Below the pieces are notes generated by a model. That model was not told the DNA's origin, searched no databases, and saw only the letters and a list, made by a program, of their open reading frames with translations. A stretch of 64,000 nt of DNA from Chitinophagaceae bacterium (GTDB lineage Bacteria; Bacteroidota; Bacteroidia; Chitinophagales; Chitinophagaceae), in assembly GCA_019695015.1 (NCBI GenBank), contig JAIBAV010000067.1, positions 3,396 through 67,395 of the forward strand, in the 5' to 3' direction. Every line of letters starts with the position of its first letter. Positions within the stretch are counted from its first letter, which is position 1. Shown piece by piece: positions 36,477 to 46,732 of this stretch. Made by a program: the position numbers and the translations under genes.

Positions 36477-37226
36477 ATGCTAAATGGTAAAAAAGTAATA
36501 GTGGTTTTACCTGCTTATAATGCCGAAAAAACATTAGAGCAAACCTATAATGAAATACCATTGAATGTGGTTGATGAAGTAATTTTAGTAAATGATGCCA
36601 GCCGAGATAATACAGTTGGCGAAGCAGAAAGATTAGGGATAAAACATATAGTAACCCATACCAATAACAGAGGGTATGGAGGTAACCAAAAATCTTGTTA
36701 CAACAAGGCATTAGAACTTGGTGCAGATATTGTAATAATGGTTCACCCAGACTATCAATATACGCCTAAACTAATAATACCCATGTGTAGTATTATTGCC
36801 AACGAAGTTTATCCAGTTGTTTTTGCTTCTAGAATTTTAGGAAAAGGAGCATTAAAAGGCGGAATGCCAATGTATAAATTTATTGCAAACAGAATTTTAA
36901 CTCTAACGCAAAATATTTTATTAAACCAAAAATTAAGTGAATACCACACAGGGTACAGAGCTTTTAGCAGAGTTGTTTTAGAAAAAGTAAACTATAATGC
37001 TAATAGCGATGATTTTGTTTTTGATAACCAAATGATTGCTCAAATTTTTGATGCAGGATTTGAAATAGGCGAAGTTACTTGCCCTACAAAATATTTTGAG
37101 GATGCTTCTTCTATAAATCTTAAAAGAAGTATTACCTATGGTTTAGGTGTTTTAAAAGTTTCGTTTGGGTATTTTTTCAAGAAACTTGGCTTAAATAATT
37201 CAGTTATTTACAATCATAAAAAATAA
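36477..37226 (+). CDS. family 2 glycosyltransferase (polyprenol-phosphate sugar synthase-like)
   Basis: 249 aa. Motifs VVLPAYNAEKTL, VNDASRDNT and MVHPDYQY. Confidence 0.8.
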   Translation: MLNGKKVIVVLPAYNAEKTLEQTYNEIPLNVVDEVILVNDASRDNTVGEAERLGIKHIVTHTNNRGYGGNQKSCYNKALELGADIVIMVHPDYQYTPKLIIPMCSIIANEVYPVVFASRILGKGALKGGMPMYKFIANRILTLTQNILLNQKLSEYHTGYRAFSRVVLEKVNYNANSDDFVFDNQMIAQIFDAGFEIGEVTCPTKYFEDASSINLKRSITYGLGVLKVSFGYFFKKLGLNNSVIYNHKK

Positions 37227-37271
37227 AAGCAATTTTATTAAGCTTACTATTTTCTACCCAAAAATATTTAT

Positions 37272-37943
37272 ATGGATGTACAAATAGAAGCCAGTTGGAA
37301 AGCAGTTTTGCAGCAAGAGTTTACCAAAAACTATTTTCAACAAATTGTTGCACATCTTAAAACAGAAAAAGCAACTAAAACTATTATTTATCCAAGTGGC
37401 TCATTAATTTTTAATGCATTTAAACAAACTCCATTTAATCAGGTTAAAGTAGTAATCTTAGGTCAAGACCCCTATCATGGTATTGGGCAAGCAATGGGGT
37501 TAAGTTTTAGTGTGCCAAATGGAGTTTCTAATCCACCATCTTTACAAAATATTTTTAAAGAATTACAAACTGATATTGGAATGCCTATTCCAAGCTCTGG
37601 CAATTTAACTGCATGGGCTAAACAAGGTGTTTTGCTTTTAAATGCTGTGTTAACTGTTAGAGCCAACGAAGCAGCAAGCCATAGTAAAATTGGGTGGACA
37701 AACTTTACTGATGCTGTAATTCAAAAATTATCTGATGAAAAAATACATCTTGTTTTTCTACTTTGGGGAAAATTTGCACAAGAAAAGCAAATATTAATTG
37801 ATGAAACTAAACATTCCGTATTAAAAGCTGCTCATCCATCGCCATTGAGTGCTTACAACGGCTTTTTTGGCTGTAAACATTTTAGCAGAACTAATGAAAT
37901 ACTTGTTAAAAATGGCGTTGAGCCTATAAACTGGAGTTTTTAA
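37272..37943 (+). CDS. ung: uracil-DNA glycosylase (family 1)
   Basis: 223 aa. Motifs VVILGQDPYHG, GVLLLN and HPSPLS. Confidence 0.93.
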   Translation: MDVQIEASWKAVLQQEFTKNYFQQIVAHLKTEKATKTIIYPSGSLIFNAFKQTPFNQVKVVILGQDPYHGIGQAMGLSFSVPNGVSNPPSLQNIFKELQTDIGMPIPSSGNLTAWAKQGVLLLNAVLTVRANEAASHSKIGWTNFTDAVIQKLSDEKIHLVFLLWGKFAQEKQILIDETKHSVLKAAHPSPLSAYNGFFGCKHFSRTNEILVKNGVEPINWSF

Positions 37944-37956
37944 AATTTTATATTAT

Positions 37957-38769
37957 ATGAAACAATTACTTGAATTTTTTAAAAATGTTTTTGCCAGAAT
38001 TTGGGCATTATGGGGTTTGGTAACTTTTGTTGTTACCTTTTTTATTTTCTTTATTCCATCAATGTGTACCCACTTAATTGCAGATGTAAATAAAAGCCAA
38101 AATGTTTTTATTTATATAGCAAAAATTTGGATGAATGTTTGGCTGTTTTTAGTTGGCTGTAGGGTAAAAGTTAGAGGTAAAGAGAATGTTGAAAAAAATA
38201 AAACTTATATTTTTACATGCAACCATAACACTTTATTAGATGTACCAATAACTTGCCCATATATACCAGGCGGAAATAAAACAATTGCTAAAAAAAGTTT
38301 TGTAAAAATTCCAATTTTTGGGTGGTATTATGCTAAAGGAGGAATATTGATTGATAGAAAAAGTGATGCAAGTAGAAGAATGGGATTTGAACAAATGAAA
38401 AAAACTTTGCAACAAAAAATTCATGTTTGTATTTATCCTGAAGGAACAAGAAACAGAACAGGTAAGCCTTTGAAAAGCTTTTATGATGGTGCATTTAAAC
38501 TTGCAGAACTTGCACAAACACCAATAGTTCCAACTATGTTATACAATACATTAAAGGCTATGCCTAACAATAAGTTCTTTTATTTGTTACCCCATAGTTT
38601 AGAGATACATTTTTTACCAGCTATCAGTCCTCAAAATTTAACTATGAAAGAACTTAAAGATAAGGTTTTTGATATTATGTATAAAGAATTTGAACTTAAT
38701 AATAAAAAAAAAACTGTTTCAATTTTTTATTTATTGAAACAGTTAACAAGTATTTTTATAATTACTTAA
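37957..38769 (+). CDS. plsC: 1-acyl-sn-glycerol-3-phosphate acyltransferase
   Basis: 270 aa. HX4D motif CNHNTLLD, plus IYPEGTRN. The 3' end carries an A10 tract and overlaps the convergent hbd by 8 nt. Confidence 0.8.
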   Translation: MKQLLEFFKNVFARIWALWGLVTFVVTFFIFFIPSMCTHLIADVNKSQNVFIYIAKIWMNVWLFLVGCRVKVRGKENVEKNKTYIFTCNHNTLLDVPITCPYIPGGNKTIAKKSFVKIPIFGWYYAKGGILIDRKSDASRRMGFEQMKKTLQQKIHVCIYPEGTRNRTGKPLKSFYDGAFKLAELAQTPIVPTMLYNTLKAMPNNKFFYLLPHSLEIHFLPAISPQNLTMKELKDKVFDIMYKEFELNNKKKTVSIFYLLKQLTSIFIIT

Positions 38770-39649
38770 ATCTGCTACTCACAACTAAATCTTTGCTACC
38801 GGCTGTGTAAGTATAAAATCCTTCGCCAGATTTTACGCCTAATTTGCCAGCTGTTACCATGTTTACTAATAAAGGGCATGGAGCATATTTTGTATTTCCA
38901 TAACCATTATACAATACGTTTAAAATGCTTAAGCATACATCTAAACCAATAAAGTCGGCTAATTGTAAAGGTCCCATAGGGTGTGCCATTCCTAACTTCA
39001 TAATAGTATCAATTTCTTCCACACCTGCAATACCTTCGTATAAACTAATAATTGCCTCATTAATCATAGGCATTAATATTTTGTTTGCAATAAACCCTGG
39101 ATAATCATTTACAACACATGGTATTTTACCCAATTGTTTACTTAACGCAACAATACTTTCTGTTACCTGCTTTTCCGTTGCATAGCCTTCAATAATCTCT
39201 ACTAATTTCATTACAGGAACTGGGTTCATAAAATGCATACCAATAACTAAATGTGGTCTTTTAGTTGCCGAGGCAATCTTTGTAATAGAAATAGAAGAAG
39301 TGTTACTGGCTAAAATACAACCAACTGGTGCTGCAGCATCTATTTGTTTAAATATTTTTAATTTTAATTCTATATTTTCTGTTGCAGCCTCAACAACTAA
39401 TTCTGCATTTGCTACTCCTTCTTCTATACTTATATAAGTGGTTAAGTTTTGTAAAGCAGTTGTTTTTTGCTCTTCGGTAAAGCTACCTTTTGCTATTTGT
39501 CTGTCCATATTTTTTGTTATGGTAGCAATAGCTTTTTCTAATTGTGCTGCATTTACGTCAATAAGGTTTACAGTAAAACCATTTTGTGCAAAAACGTGAG
39601 CAATGCCATTACCCATTGTTCCAGCACCAATTACAGAAATATTTTTCAT
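38762..39649 (-). CDS. hbd: 3-hydroxybutyryl-CoA / 3-hydroxyacyl-CoA dehydrogenase
   Basis: 295 aa. NAD site ISVIGAGTMGNGIA, plus HFMNPVPVMKLVE. Confidence 0.85.
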   Translation of the reverse strand: MKNISVIGAGTMGNGIAHVFAQNGFTVNLIDVNAAQLEKAIATITKNMDRQIAKGSFTEEQKTTALQNLTTYISIEEGVANAELVVEAATENIELKLKIFKQIDAAAPVGCILASNTSSISITKIASATKRPHLVIGMHFMNPVPVMKLVEIIEGYATEKQVTESIVALSKQLGKIPCVVNDYPGFIANKILMPMINEAIISLYEGIAGVEEIDTIMKLGMAHPMGPLQLADFIGLDVCLSILNVLYNGYGNTKYAPCPLLVNMVTAGKLGVKSGEGFYTYTAGSKDLVVSSRFK

Positions 39650-39712
39650 GTATAAAAGTATTAGGCAGCGAAAGTAAAATAAATTTGGATAGATGAATTT
39701 TAATTAAGCAGA

Positions 39713-40369
39713 TTAATTTTTCTTTCGCTTGTAATCGCCCCGTTTCCAGCTTTTAATAAACTCGGCCCAAGCCATAGGATTTAAAATATTCATTGGGGGT
39801 ATTTGACCAGCATAATAATATTTATTTGCTTGTTGCCTCATTTGATAATTTACAGCTTCTCTTCCATCGGCGGGCAAGCTATTTATTAATACTCTTCTTT
39901 TAGCAACATCTGTATTTTGCCTTGCAATTTCATAAGCATCATCTGGTATTGGTGTATTTACAAAATCTCTTTCAAACTGTTCTCTGCTTGGCCTAGAACG
40001 TATAATTGTAGCAGGTAAATAAGCTGTATCGTTTACTAGTAATTGAATAACACTATATTGGTTTTCTTTTAAATTGTGTGGTATATCAATGGTTTTATCT
40101 TTAAACCCAATACAAGAAAATGTTATTCTATCGCCTTTTAAAACTGCAATACTAAATACGCCATCACTATTACTAATAGTTCCTCTTCCTTTATTAACTA
40201 CAATAATACTTGCATTACTAATTGCTCTTAAACTATCTGCTGACATGATTACACCATACAATTGTACCACACTATCTTGTGATACATATCGTTGTGCAGT
40301 AGAGATTTTAGTGCAAAACAACCCTATCACAATAGCAAAAAATAATTTATGTACAATTAATTTCATCAT
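39713..40369 (-). CDS. carboxypeptidase-regulatory-like domain protein
   Basis: 218 aa with a signal peptide. CarboxypepD_reg-like GVIMSADSLRAISNASIIVVNKGRGTISNSDGVFSIAV. Confidence 0.55.
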   Translation of the reverse strand: MMKLIVHKLFFAIVIGLFCTKISTAQRYVSQDSVVQLYGVIMSADSLRAISNASIIVVNKGRGTISNSDGVFSIAVLKGDRITFSCIGFKDKTIDIPHNLKENQYSVIQLLVNDTAYLPATIIRSRPSREQFERDFVNTPIPDDAYEIARQNTDVAKRRVLINSLPADGREAVNYQMRQQANKYYYAGQIPPMNILNPMAWAEFIKSWKRGDYKRKKN

Positions 40370-40531
40370 TCAATTAACCAAAATAAACTAATGTATAATA
40401 AGTTTCAAATAAAAATAATTTTAAAATATTTCTTGATTCAAAACTTCAAAATGTAAACTTCAACAAAGTAAACCTCTGAAAGTTTTATCTTCGCAACTTA
40501 TATAATTTTTTAACAAAAACTTTCAACAATA

Positions 40532-41626
40532 ATGACTGTAGAAGCAATTTTAGATGCCTTAAGAAATGTGCAAGAACCAGATTTAGGAAAAGATATAGTA
40601 ACCTTAAATATGGTAAAAGATATTGCAATAGATGGAGATAAAGTTTCTTTTACCATTGTACTTACTACACCTGCTTGCCCCATGAAAGATAAAATGAGAA
40701 TGGCCAGCGAAAATGCAGTAAAACTTTTGGTAAATAAAGATGCCAAAGTGATTGTTAATTTCACTGCAATAACTTCATCAAAAAGGTTACAAGGAGATAA
40801 GATTTTAGGTGGGGTTAAAAATATTATTGCAGTGGTAAGTGGTAAAGGTGGTGTTGGTAAAAGTACAGTAAGTGCAAATTTAGCCCTTGCTTTGTCAAGT
40901 GCAGGTGCAACTGTTGGTTTAATGGATGCTGATATTTATGGGCCAAGTGTACCAATAATGTTTGGTGTTAGAGGGCAACGCCCCATGATGAAAGAAGTAG
41001 ATGGTAAAGGTTTAATTGTACCATTGGAAAAGTATGGAATTAAATTAATAAGTATTGGTTTATTGGTTGATGAAAAAAATGCAGTTGTTTGGAGAGGGCC
41101 AATGGTAAGCAATGCTATAAGACAATTTGTAACAGATGTAGATTGGGGAGAATTGGATTATTTGGTAATTGATATGCCACCTGGTACAGGTGATATTCAT
41201 TTAACCCTTATGCAAACAGTGCCTGTTACTGGCGTTGTTATAGTTTCAACACCACAAAAAGTTGCTTTAGCAGATGCCAAAAAAGGAATTGCCATGTTTG
41301 GCCAATCGCAAATTAATGTACCTATTTTGGGGTTGGTAGAAAATATGGCCTATTTTACTCCTGCAGAATTACCAAATAATAAATATTATTTATTTGGAAA
41401 AGAAGGTGGAAAGAATTTGGCGGATGAGTATGATTTGAATTTTTTAGGGCAAATTCCATTAGTACAATCTATAATGGAAGGTGGCGATGAAGGTGTGCCA
41501 GCAATGGCTGGTAATGATGAAGTTTCTAAAGAGGCATTTAGAAATTTAACTGCCTCCATTGTTAGAAACATAGCAATTAGAAATGCAAATATTCCTGCTA
41601 CAAAAATAGTTGAGGTGAAGGCATAG
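40532..41626 (+). CDS. apbC: Mrp/NBP35 iron-sulfur cluster carrier ATPase
   Basis: 364 aa. N-terminal DUF59-like EPDLGKDIVTLNMV, deviant Walker A VSGKGGVGKST, and a CxxC-free Mrp body. Confidence 0.88.
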   Translation: MTVEAILDALRNVQEPDLGKDIVTLNMVKDIAIDGDKVSFTIVLTTPACPMKDKMRMASENAVKLLVNKDAKVIVNFTAITSSKRLQGDKILGGVKNIIAVVSGKGGVGKSTVSANLALALSSAGATVGLMDADIYGPSVPIMFGVRGQRPMMKEVDGKGLIVPLEKYGIKLISIGLLVDEKNAVVWRGPMVSNAIRQFVTDVDWGELDYLVIDMPPGTGDIHLTLMQTVPVTGVVIVSTPQKVALADAKKGIAMFGQSQINVPILGLVENMAYFTPAELPNNKYYLFGKEGGKNLADEYDLNFLGQIPLVQSIMEGGDEGVPAMAGNDEVSKEAFRNLTASIVRNIAIRNANIPATKIVEVKA

Positions 41627-41644
41627 TATTAACACCTCTATAAA

Positions 41645-41690
41645 ATAAAAGTGGCTATATTTTATATTGAATGTAGCCACTTTTATTTTT
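41645..41690. terminator. bidirectional terminator between apbC and the ABC permease gene
   Basis: AAAAGTGGCTA (41647-41657) pairs with TAGCCACTTTT (41674-41684). Confidence 0.7.
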
Positions 41691-41702
41691 ACTGAACTTG
41701 CT

Positions 41703-43046
41703 TTAATTTTTTCTTAAAATCCAACTACCAATAGTTTTCCAGTTTACTTTTTTCCCATACATTAAAATACCTGTTCTATAAATTTTACCTGCTAACCAAG
41801 TTGTGGCAACAAAACCAACAATTAAACAAGCCATGCTTATAAGTAGCTGTAATATAGATACACCTTCTGGTACACCATGTGCAATTCTTGCCATCATAAC
41901 AATAGGAGAAGTTAAAGGAAAAATGCTACCAAAAATAGCTAAGCTGCTGTTAGGGTCGTTTACAGCTTTCATCATTATTACCATTCCAAAAATAATAGGC
42001 ATAGTAATGGGTAACATTAAACTTTGAGCATCTTGTGGGTCTTCATTAACTGTGCTGCCTACTGCTGCAAACAAAGAAGAATACAGAAAATATCCTCCTA
42101 AAAAATAAAATAAAAAACAGCCAACAATTAGCAACCAATTTACTTGCCCAATTCCATTCATAATACCAACCATTGCTGTATTTTCTTGAGACATTGTTGA
42201 AGCTGCAGCTCCAATACCTGGTTGCATGGGCTGTGCTTGCATTTGAGTTAACATATCAGGAAAAATAATGGGTAATAAAAATTGTAAGCCAATAATTAAA
42301 ATTATCCAAATTAAAAATTGAACTAGCCCTACTGAGCCAATTCCAAATATTTTACCCATCATTAATTGAAAAGGTTTTACACTACTTACAATTACTTCTG
42401 CAATTCTATTTGTTTTTTCTTCCATAACACCACGCATTACCATAGTGCCATAAATAAAAAGAATAATGTAGATAAGAAAGCCAGAAACAAATCCTACTCC
42501 ATAACTGATACCTGCTTTTTTACTGGTATCTTCCACCCCTTTAGTTGTTGTAAAAACAATTTCATTTGTTTTTTGCAAACTATCTAGCTGTGTTTTGGTA
42601 ATATGCAAGCTACCCAACATTTTCTTTTCTTCAATTACATTATTTAACTTACCGATAATTTTTTCTCGGGTAATTAAACCAACACTTTTGTCGGATATTA
42701 CTTGAATTGAATCTGTAGAACCAGTGATATCAAATGTTTTTGGAATAAATACAAAAGCATTAATTTTTTTTGCTTCAATTTGTTTTTTTAAAGTTTCTGG
42801 TGTTTCATTTTGTACATGAATGAAATTGATTTCTCCATCATTTTTCTTGGCTAGCTTTCCTTCAAAAATATTGGCTTCATCTGCAATGGCAATGGTAAAA
42901 TTGTCGGTTGTTTTTACAGCGAAATATATTATTAATGCATAAATGCCAAATATTAAAATTGGTAACCCTATTGTTGTAAGCAAAAAAGTCTTTTTTTGAA
43001 CTCTACTTAAAAATTCTCTTCTTGCTATAATTAATATTTTGTTCAT
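41703..43046 (-). CDS. ABC-2 family permease (NatB-like)
   Basis: 447 aa. One N-terminal TM, a large extracytoplasmic loop, then 5 TM segments. Downstream of the NatA-like ATPase. Confidence 0.65.
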   Translation of the reverse strand: MNKILIIARREFLSRVQKKTFLLTTIGLPILIFGIYALIIYFAVKTTDNFTIAIADEANIFEGKLAKKNDGEINFIHVQNETPETLKKQIEAKKINAFVFIPKTFDITGSTDSIQVISDKSVGLITREKIIGKLNNVIEEKKMLGSLHITKTQLDSLQKTNEIVFTTTKGVEDTSKKAGISYGVGFVSGFLIYIILFIYGTMVMRGVMEEKTNRIAEVIVSSVKPFQLMMGKIFGIGSVGLVQFLIWIILIIGLQFLLPIIFPDMLTQMQAQPMQPGIGAAASTMSQENTAMVGIMNGIGQVNWLLIVGCFLFYFLGGYFLYSSLFAAVGSTVNEDPQDAQSLMLPITMPIIFGMVIMMKAVNDPNSSLAIFGSIFPLTSPIVMMARIAHGVPEGVSILQLLISMACLIVGFVATTWLAGKIYRTGILMYGKKVNWKTIGSWILRKN

Positions 43047-43077
43047 GGTTTATTTAGATAAATTGTTCTGATAAAAA

Positions 43078-44016
43078 TTAAACTGTTACGGCTTCAAAAG
43101 CTCTTGTTTTTGCTTTGGTTCCTTCTACTAACGAAATAAATATTTCATTTAAACCTGGTAATATTTCGTTGAAAGACTCTATGGCTTGATTAGTATCAAT
43201 AAAATGCTTTAATACATCGTTACTTTTATAACCATTATTAATTGAAACTGTGAGAGAGTTATTATTTTGTGCATCTATAGTAAATACGTTGCTTAAAGTA
43301 TTGGTAGGCTCGTTTTGCAGTGTAATGCTAAATTTATTTTTCTTGAATTGTTGTTTTATATCTTGAACTGTACCATCTAATATTTTCTTTCCTAAGTTTA
43401 CTAAAACAATATGATCGCAAATTTCTTCTACTTGCTCCATGCGGTGAGTGCTAAAAATTACTGTACTTCCTCTTTGTGCTAAGCCATAAATTTCGTCTTT
43501 AATTAAGTTAGCATTAATAGGGTCTAATCCACTAAAAGGTTCATCTAAGATTATTAATTTAGGTTCATGTAAAACAGTGGTTACAAATTGTAATTTCTGG
43601 CTCATTCCTTTACTTAAGTCTTCCACTTTTTTATTCCACCAACTTTCCATTTCTAATTTCTTAAACCAAAAAATAATTCTCTCCATTGCATCTTTTTTGC
43701 TCATTCCTTTTAGTTGAGCCAGGTATAGTGCTTGTTCGCCAATTTTCATTTTCTTGTACAATCCTCTTTCTTCTGGCATATAGCCAATTTTCAAAACATC
43801 ATTAATTGGGTCAAACTTTTTTCCATCAAATATTATAGAACCATTATCAGGATAAAAAATTCCTGTTATCATTCTTATTAAAGTGGTTTTGCCTGCACCA
43901 TTAGGGCCTAATAAACCAAAAATGCTTCCTTTATCTATACTAAAGCTAATATCATCAACTGCTTTTTGTGATGAAAAAAACTTTTGAAGATTATTTAATT
44001 CCAAAATTTTATCCAT
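43078..44016 (-). CDS. ABC transporter ATP-binding protein (NatA-like)
   Basis: 312 aa. Walker A GPNGAGKTT, signature LSKGMSQK, Walker B LIILDEPFSGLD. Confidence 0.88.
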   Translation of the reverse strand: MDKILELNNLQKFFSSQKAVDDISFSIDKGSIFGLLGPNGAGKTTLIRMITGIFYPDNGSIIFDGKKFDPINDVLKIGYMPEERGLYKKMKIGEQALYLAQLKGMSKKDAMERIIFWFKKLEMESWWNKKVEDLSKGMSQKLQFVTTVLHEPKLIILDEPFSGLDPINANLIKDEIYGLAQRGSTVIFSTHRMEQVEEICDHIVLVNLGKKILDGTVQDIKQQFKKNKFSITLQNEPTNTLSNVFTIDAQNNNSLTVSINNGYKSNDVLKHFIDTNQAIESFNEILPGLNEIFISLVEGTKAKTRAFEAVTV

Positions 44017-44151
44017 GAATACATATTTATTTTCAAAAGTAAATCTTTGAAAGTAGTTTATTAAATTATTAATGACAAAAGGCGAAAAAAATGGAAGAAG
44101 TAAAGGAAATTTATTAATAGTTGAATTACTAAAATGTGAGTATAAATTGAA

Positions 44152-44703
44152 TTAATTCAACTGTGGGTCTATTGGATAATTAACCATTTGACTGTACTCA
44201 CCTCCTAAATCTTTCAGTGCATCTTTCCAGATATTTTCTGTTTTTGAATTAAAAACTAAAGCTGTGGTTGCTTGTCTGGTTATCCAGCTTTTTGTTTGTA
44301 ATTCATCTGCTAATTGCCCTTCGCCCCAGCCACTATAACCAATAAAAAAACGAATATCGTTTTTGCTAATTTTTTTTGTTTTAATTAAGTCAACTACTAA
44401 TTCAAATTCACCACCCCAATAAATATTATCTAAAACTTCTAATCCTCCTTCAATTAAATCAGGTCGTTTATGAATAAAGTGAATGGTTTGTGGCTGAACG
44501 GGACCACCATAAAATAAAGGGAAGTTAATATCTTCAAAGTCTGTAAGCATATCTTTTAACGAACGATCGTACAGCTTATTTAAAACAAAGCCACAACTTC
44601 CTTCTTGTTGATGATCGCAAATTAAAACAACACTTCTTGCAAAATTAGGATCTTTCAAAAATGGGTCAGAAATTAATAAAATACCTGGTGCTATATCTAT
44701 CAT
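44152..44703 (-). CDS. YqgE/AlgH family protein (UPF0301)
   Basis: 183 aa. Pattern GILLISDPFLKDPNFARSVVLICDH...GFVLNK...GGPV...GYSGWGEGQL. Confidence 0.8.
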   Translation of the reverse strand: MIDIAPGILLISDPFLKDPNFARSVVLICDHQQEGSCGFVLNKLYDRSLKDMLTDFEDINFPLFYGGPVQPQTIHFIHKRPDLIEGGLEVLDNIYWGGEFELVVDLIKTKKISKNDIRFFIGYSGWGEGQLADELQTKSWITRQATTALVFNSKTENIWKDALKDLGGEYSQMVNYPIDPQLN

Positions 44704-44877
44704 AACCGAAAATTAAATCATTCAAGCAAAATTTAAAAATTTAATATTATCAGTAAGTTAAAATTCAATTAAATAAAGGTTGCATTTTTACTTAAATTGC
44801 TTTGCAATACTATATTTGTTAATACTGTTTTATAAAACTTAATTAGTTTAAAAGTGTAATTACTCTACAACATTAGC

Positions 44878-46212
44878 ATGAAAAAAACTTTACCTTTAAT
44901 TGTAACGCTTATTACACTTTCATTACTAGGGCTTATTATTTTACAAGCATCTTGGTTAAAAAATTTAATTGAAGTAAGGCAGGCTCATGTTTTTAATAAA
45001 ATACAAACTGTAACTACACAAGTTGCTACAGATTTAAGTTATGCTGCTTTTGCTGGCCCAGTTATAAGATTACCAAGAAAGTCGAATAAAATTTCTGCAG
45101 AATTTCATTTAAGGTTATTAAAGCCACCAAGCATAGGCGATAAATTTACACCACAAGAAATTTATGCTAAGCTAAGAAAAGCTTTTGATGATGTAGATTT
45201 AAAAAAAATGAAATTTGAGTTTGCTATTGCCAATAGCGATGGTGATTATGAAATGCAATCTTTAAACTATGCTAAAGAGTTTTATGATACCACTTCAAAC
45301 AAAAGAATACATAATTACTTAGTACCTGAAACAGGAACTGAAATTGACCAGGTGGTACAGGCCGAACAAATGATTGTAATTGTACCTGATTTTACAAAGC
45401 AGGTTTGGAGAAGTTTGCAATGGATAATTATTGGTGCTATAATTTTTATGCTTATAATTATTGCAGCATTTTATGTTACACTTAAAAGTTTATTCAATCA
45501 GAAAAAGTTAAGCGAAATAAAGAGTGATTTTATTAACAACATGACCCATGAATTTAAAACACCATTAGCCACCATTTCTTTAGCAGTAGATGCTATTAAA
45601 AATGAAAAAGTAAAAAATGATAGCGATAGGTTTCAATACTTTAGTAATATAATTAAAGAAGAAAATAGAAGAATGAATAAGCATGTAGAAACCATACTAC
45701 AAGCAGCTTTAATGGAAAAACAAGAATTAAAACTAAATATTAATCGTATTGCTTTACATCCATTACTTAATAATGTAATTGAAGCTTATAATTTACAACT
45801 ATTGGAAAAAAATGGCTTTATTGAAACAAACTTAAATGCAAAAAACGATGTTGTAGAAGCAGATGAAGTACATTTAACTAATTTGTTATCTAATTTAATA
45901 GATAATGCAATAAAATATTCTAAAGATAATTTGGTTATAAAAATATCAACCTCTTGTAACAACAAAATTTTTTCCATTAAAATAGAAGATAATGGTATTG
46001 GTATGAACAAAGAATCGGTTAAAAGAATTTTTGAAAAATTTTATAGAGCTCATACAGGCAATATTCATAATGTGAAAGGTTTTGGTTTAGGAATGAGCTA
46101 TGTAAAAACTGTTATAGATGCACACAAAGGAAGAATTAAAGTAGAAAGTACTTTAGGAAAAGGAAGCACTTTTTGGGTGGAGTTACCAAGAACTTATACT
46201 TCAAAAAAGTAA
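44878..46212 (+). CDS. membrane sensor histidine kinase
   Basis: 444 aa with 2 TM segments. H-box MTHEFKTPL, N-box LIDNAIKYS, G-boxes DNGIGM and GFGLGMS. No response regulator gene is adjacent. Confidence 0.85.
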   Translation: MKKTLPLIVTLITLSLLGLIILQASWLKNLIEVRQAHVFNKIQTVTTQVATDLSYAAFAGPVIRLPRKSNKISAEFHLRLLKPPSIGDKFTPQEIYAKLRKAFDDVDLKKMKFEFAIANSDGDYEMQSLNYAKEFYDTTSNKRIHNYLVPETGTEIDQVVQAEQMIVIVPDFTKQVWRSLQWIIIGAIIFMLIIIAAFYVTLKSLFNQKKLSEIKSDFINNMTHEFKTPLATISLAVDAIKNEKVKNDSDRFQYFSNIIKEENRRMNKHVETILQAALMEKQELKLNINRIALHPLLNNVIEAYNLQLLEKNGFIETNLNAKNDVVEADEVHLTNLLSNLIDNAIKYSKDNLVIKISTSCNNKIFSIKIEDNGIGMNKESVKRIFEKFYRAHTGNIHNVKGFGLGMSYVKTVIDAHKGRIKVESTLGKGSTFWVELPRTYTSKK

Positions 46213-46230
46213 CTGATTTTTATTATTTCT

Positions 46231-46569
46231 TTACACTGCAAATGAAGTACCACAACCACAGGTTTTACTTACATTGGGGTTAGTAAAAGTAAACCCTCTG
46301 CTATTTAAACCATCACTCCAATCTATTTGCATTCCTATTAAATACAAACTATGGCTTTTGTTCATAATAAAAGAAAAATCGTTGGTTGTGTATTCCGTAT
46401 CTTCTGCAGTAGGTTCATCAAATCCTAAAACATAAGTCATACCACTACAGCCTCCTCCTTTTACTCCAACTCTCAATTTTTTAGAAGCATTAAAATCCTC
46501 TTCACTAATTAATCTTTTTATTTCATTAATGGCATCTATGGTAAAACTAACTGGCAATGAACCTTGCAT
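46231..46569 (-). CDS. HesB/IscA-family iron-sulfur cluster insertion protein
   Basis: 112 aa. Motif GGGCSGM and the C-terminal CGCGTSF. Confidence 0.88.
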   Translation of the reverse strand: MQGSLPVSFTIDAINEIKRLISEEDFNASKKLRVGVKGGGCSGMTYVLGFDEPTAEDTEYTTNDFSFIMNKSHSLYLIGMQIDWSDGLNSRGFTFTNPNVSKTCGCGTSFAV

Positions 46570-46732
46570 AACTTGTAATATTTTTACAAAAGTAAAAAGT
46601 AAATAATAAACTAGTATAAAAAGCTATTACGATAATTGGAATAAGAAATGTTATTTTTTAAGGTTTTGAATAAACTATACTAAATTCAATTTTTTATGGT
46701 TTGCTAAAAACTATATTTGCAAAAATTTATAT

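Noticed and set aside
36088-36711. Minus-strand ORFs 36088..36348 (86 aa) and 36475..36711 (78 aa)
   Set aside because: The first spans the TA promoter region and the inverted-repeat arm, with no motif. The second is antisense to the well-supported GT2 gene.
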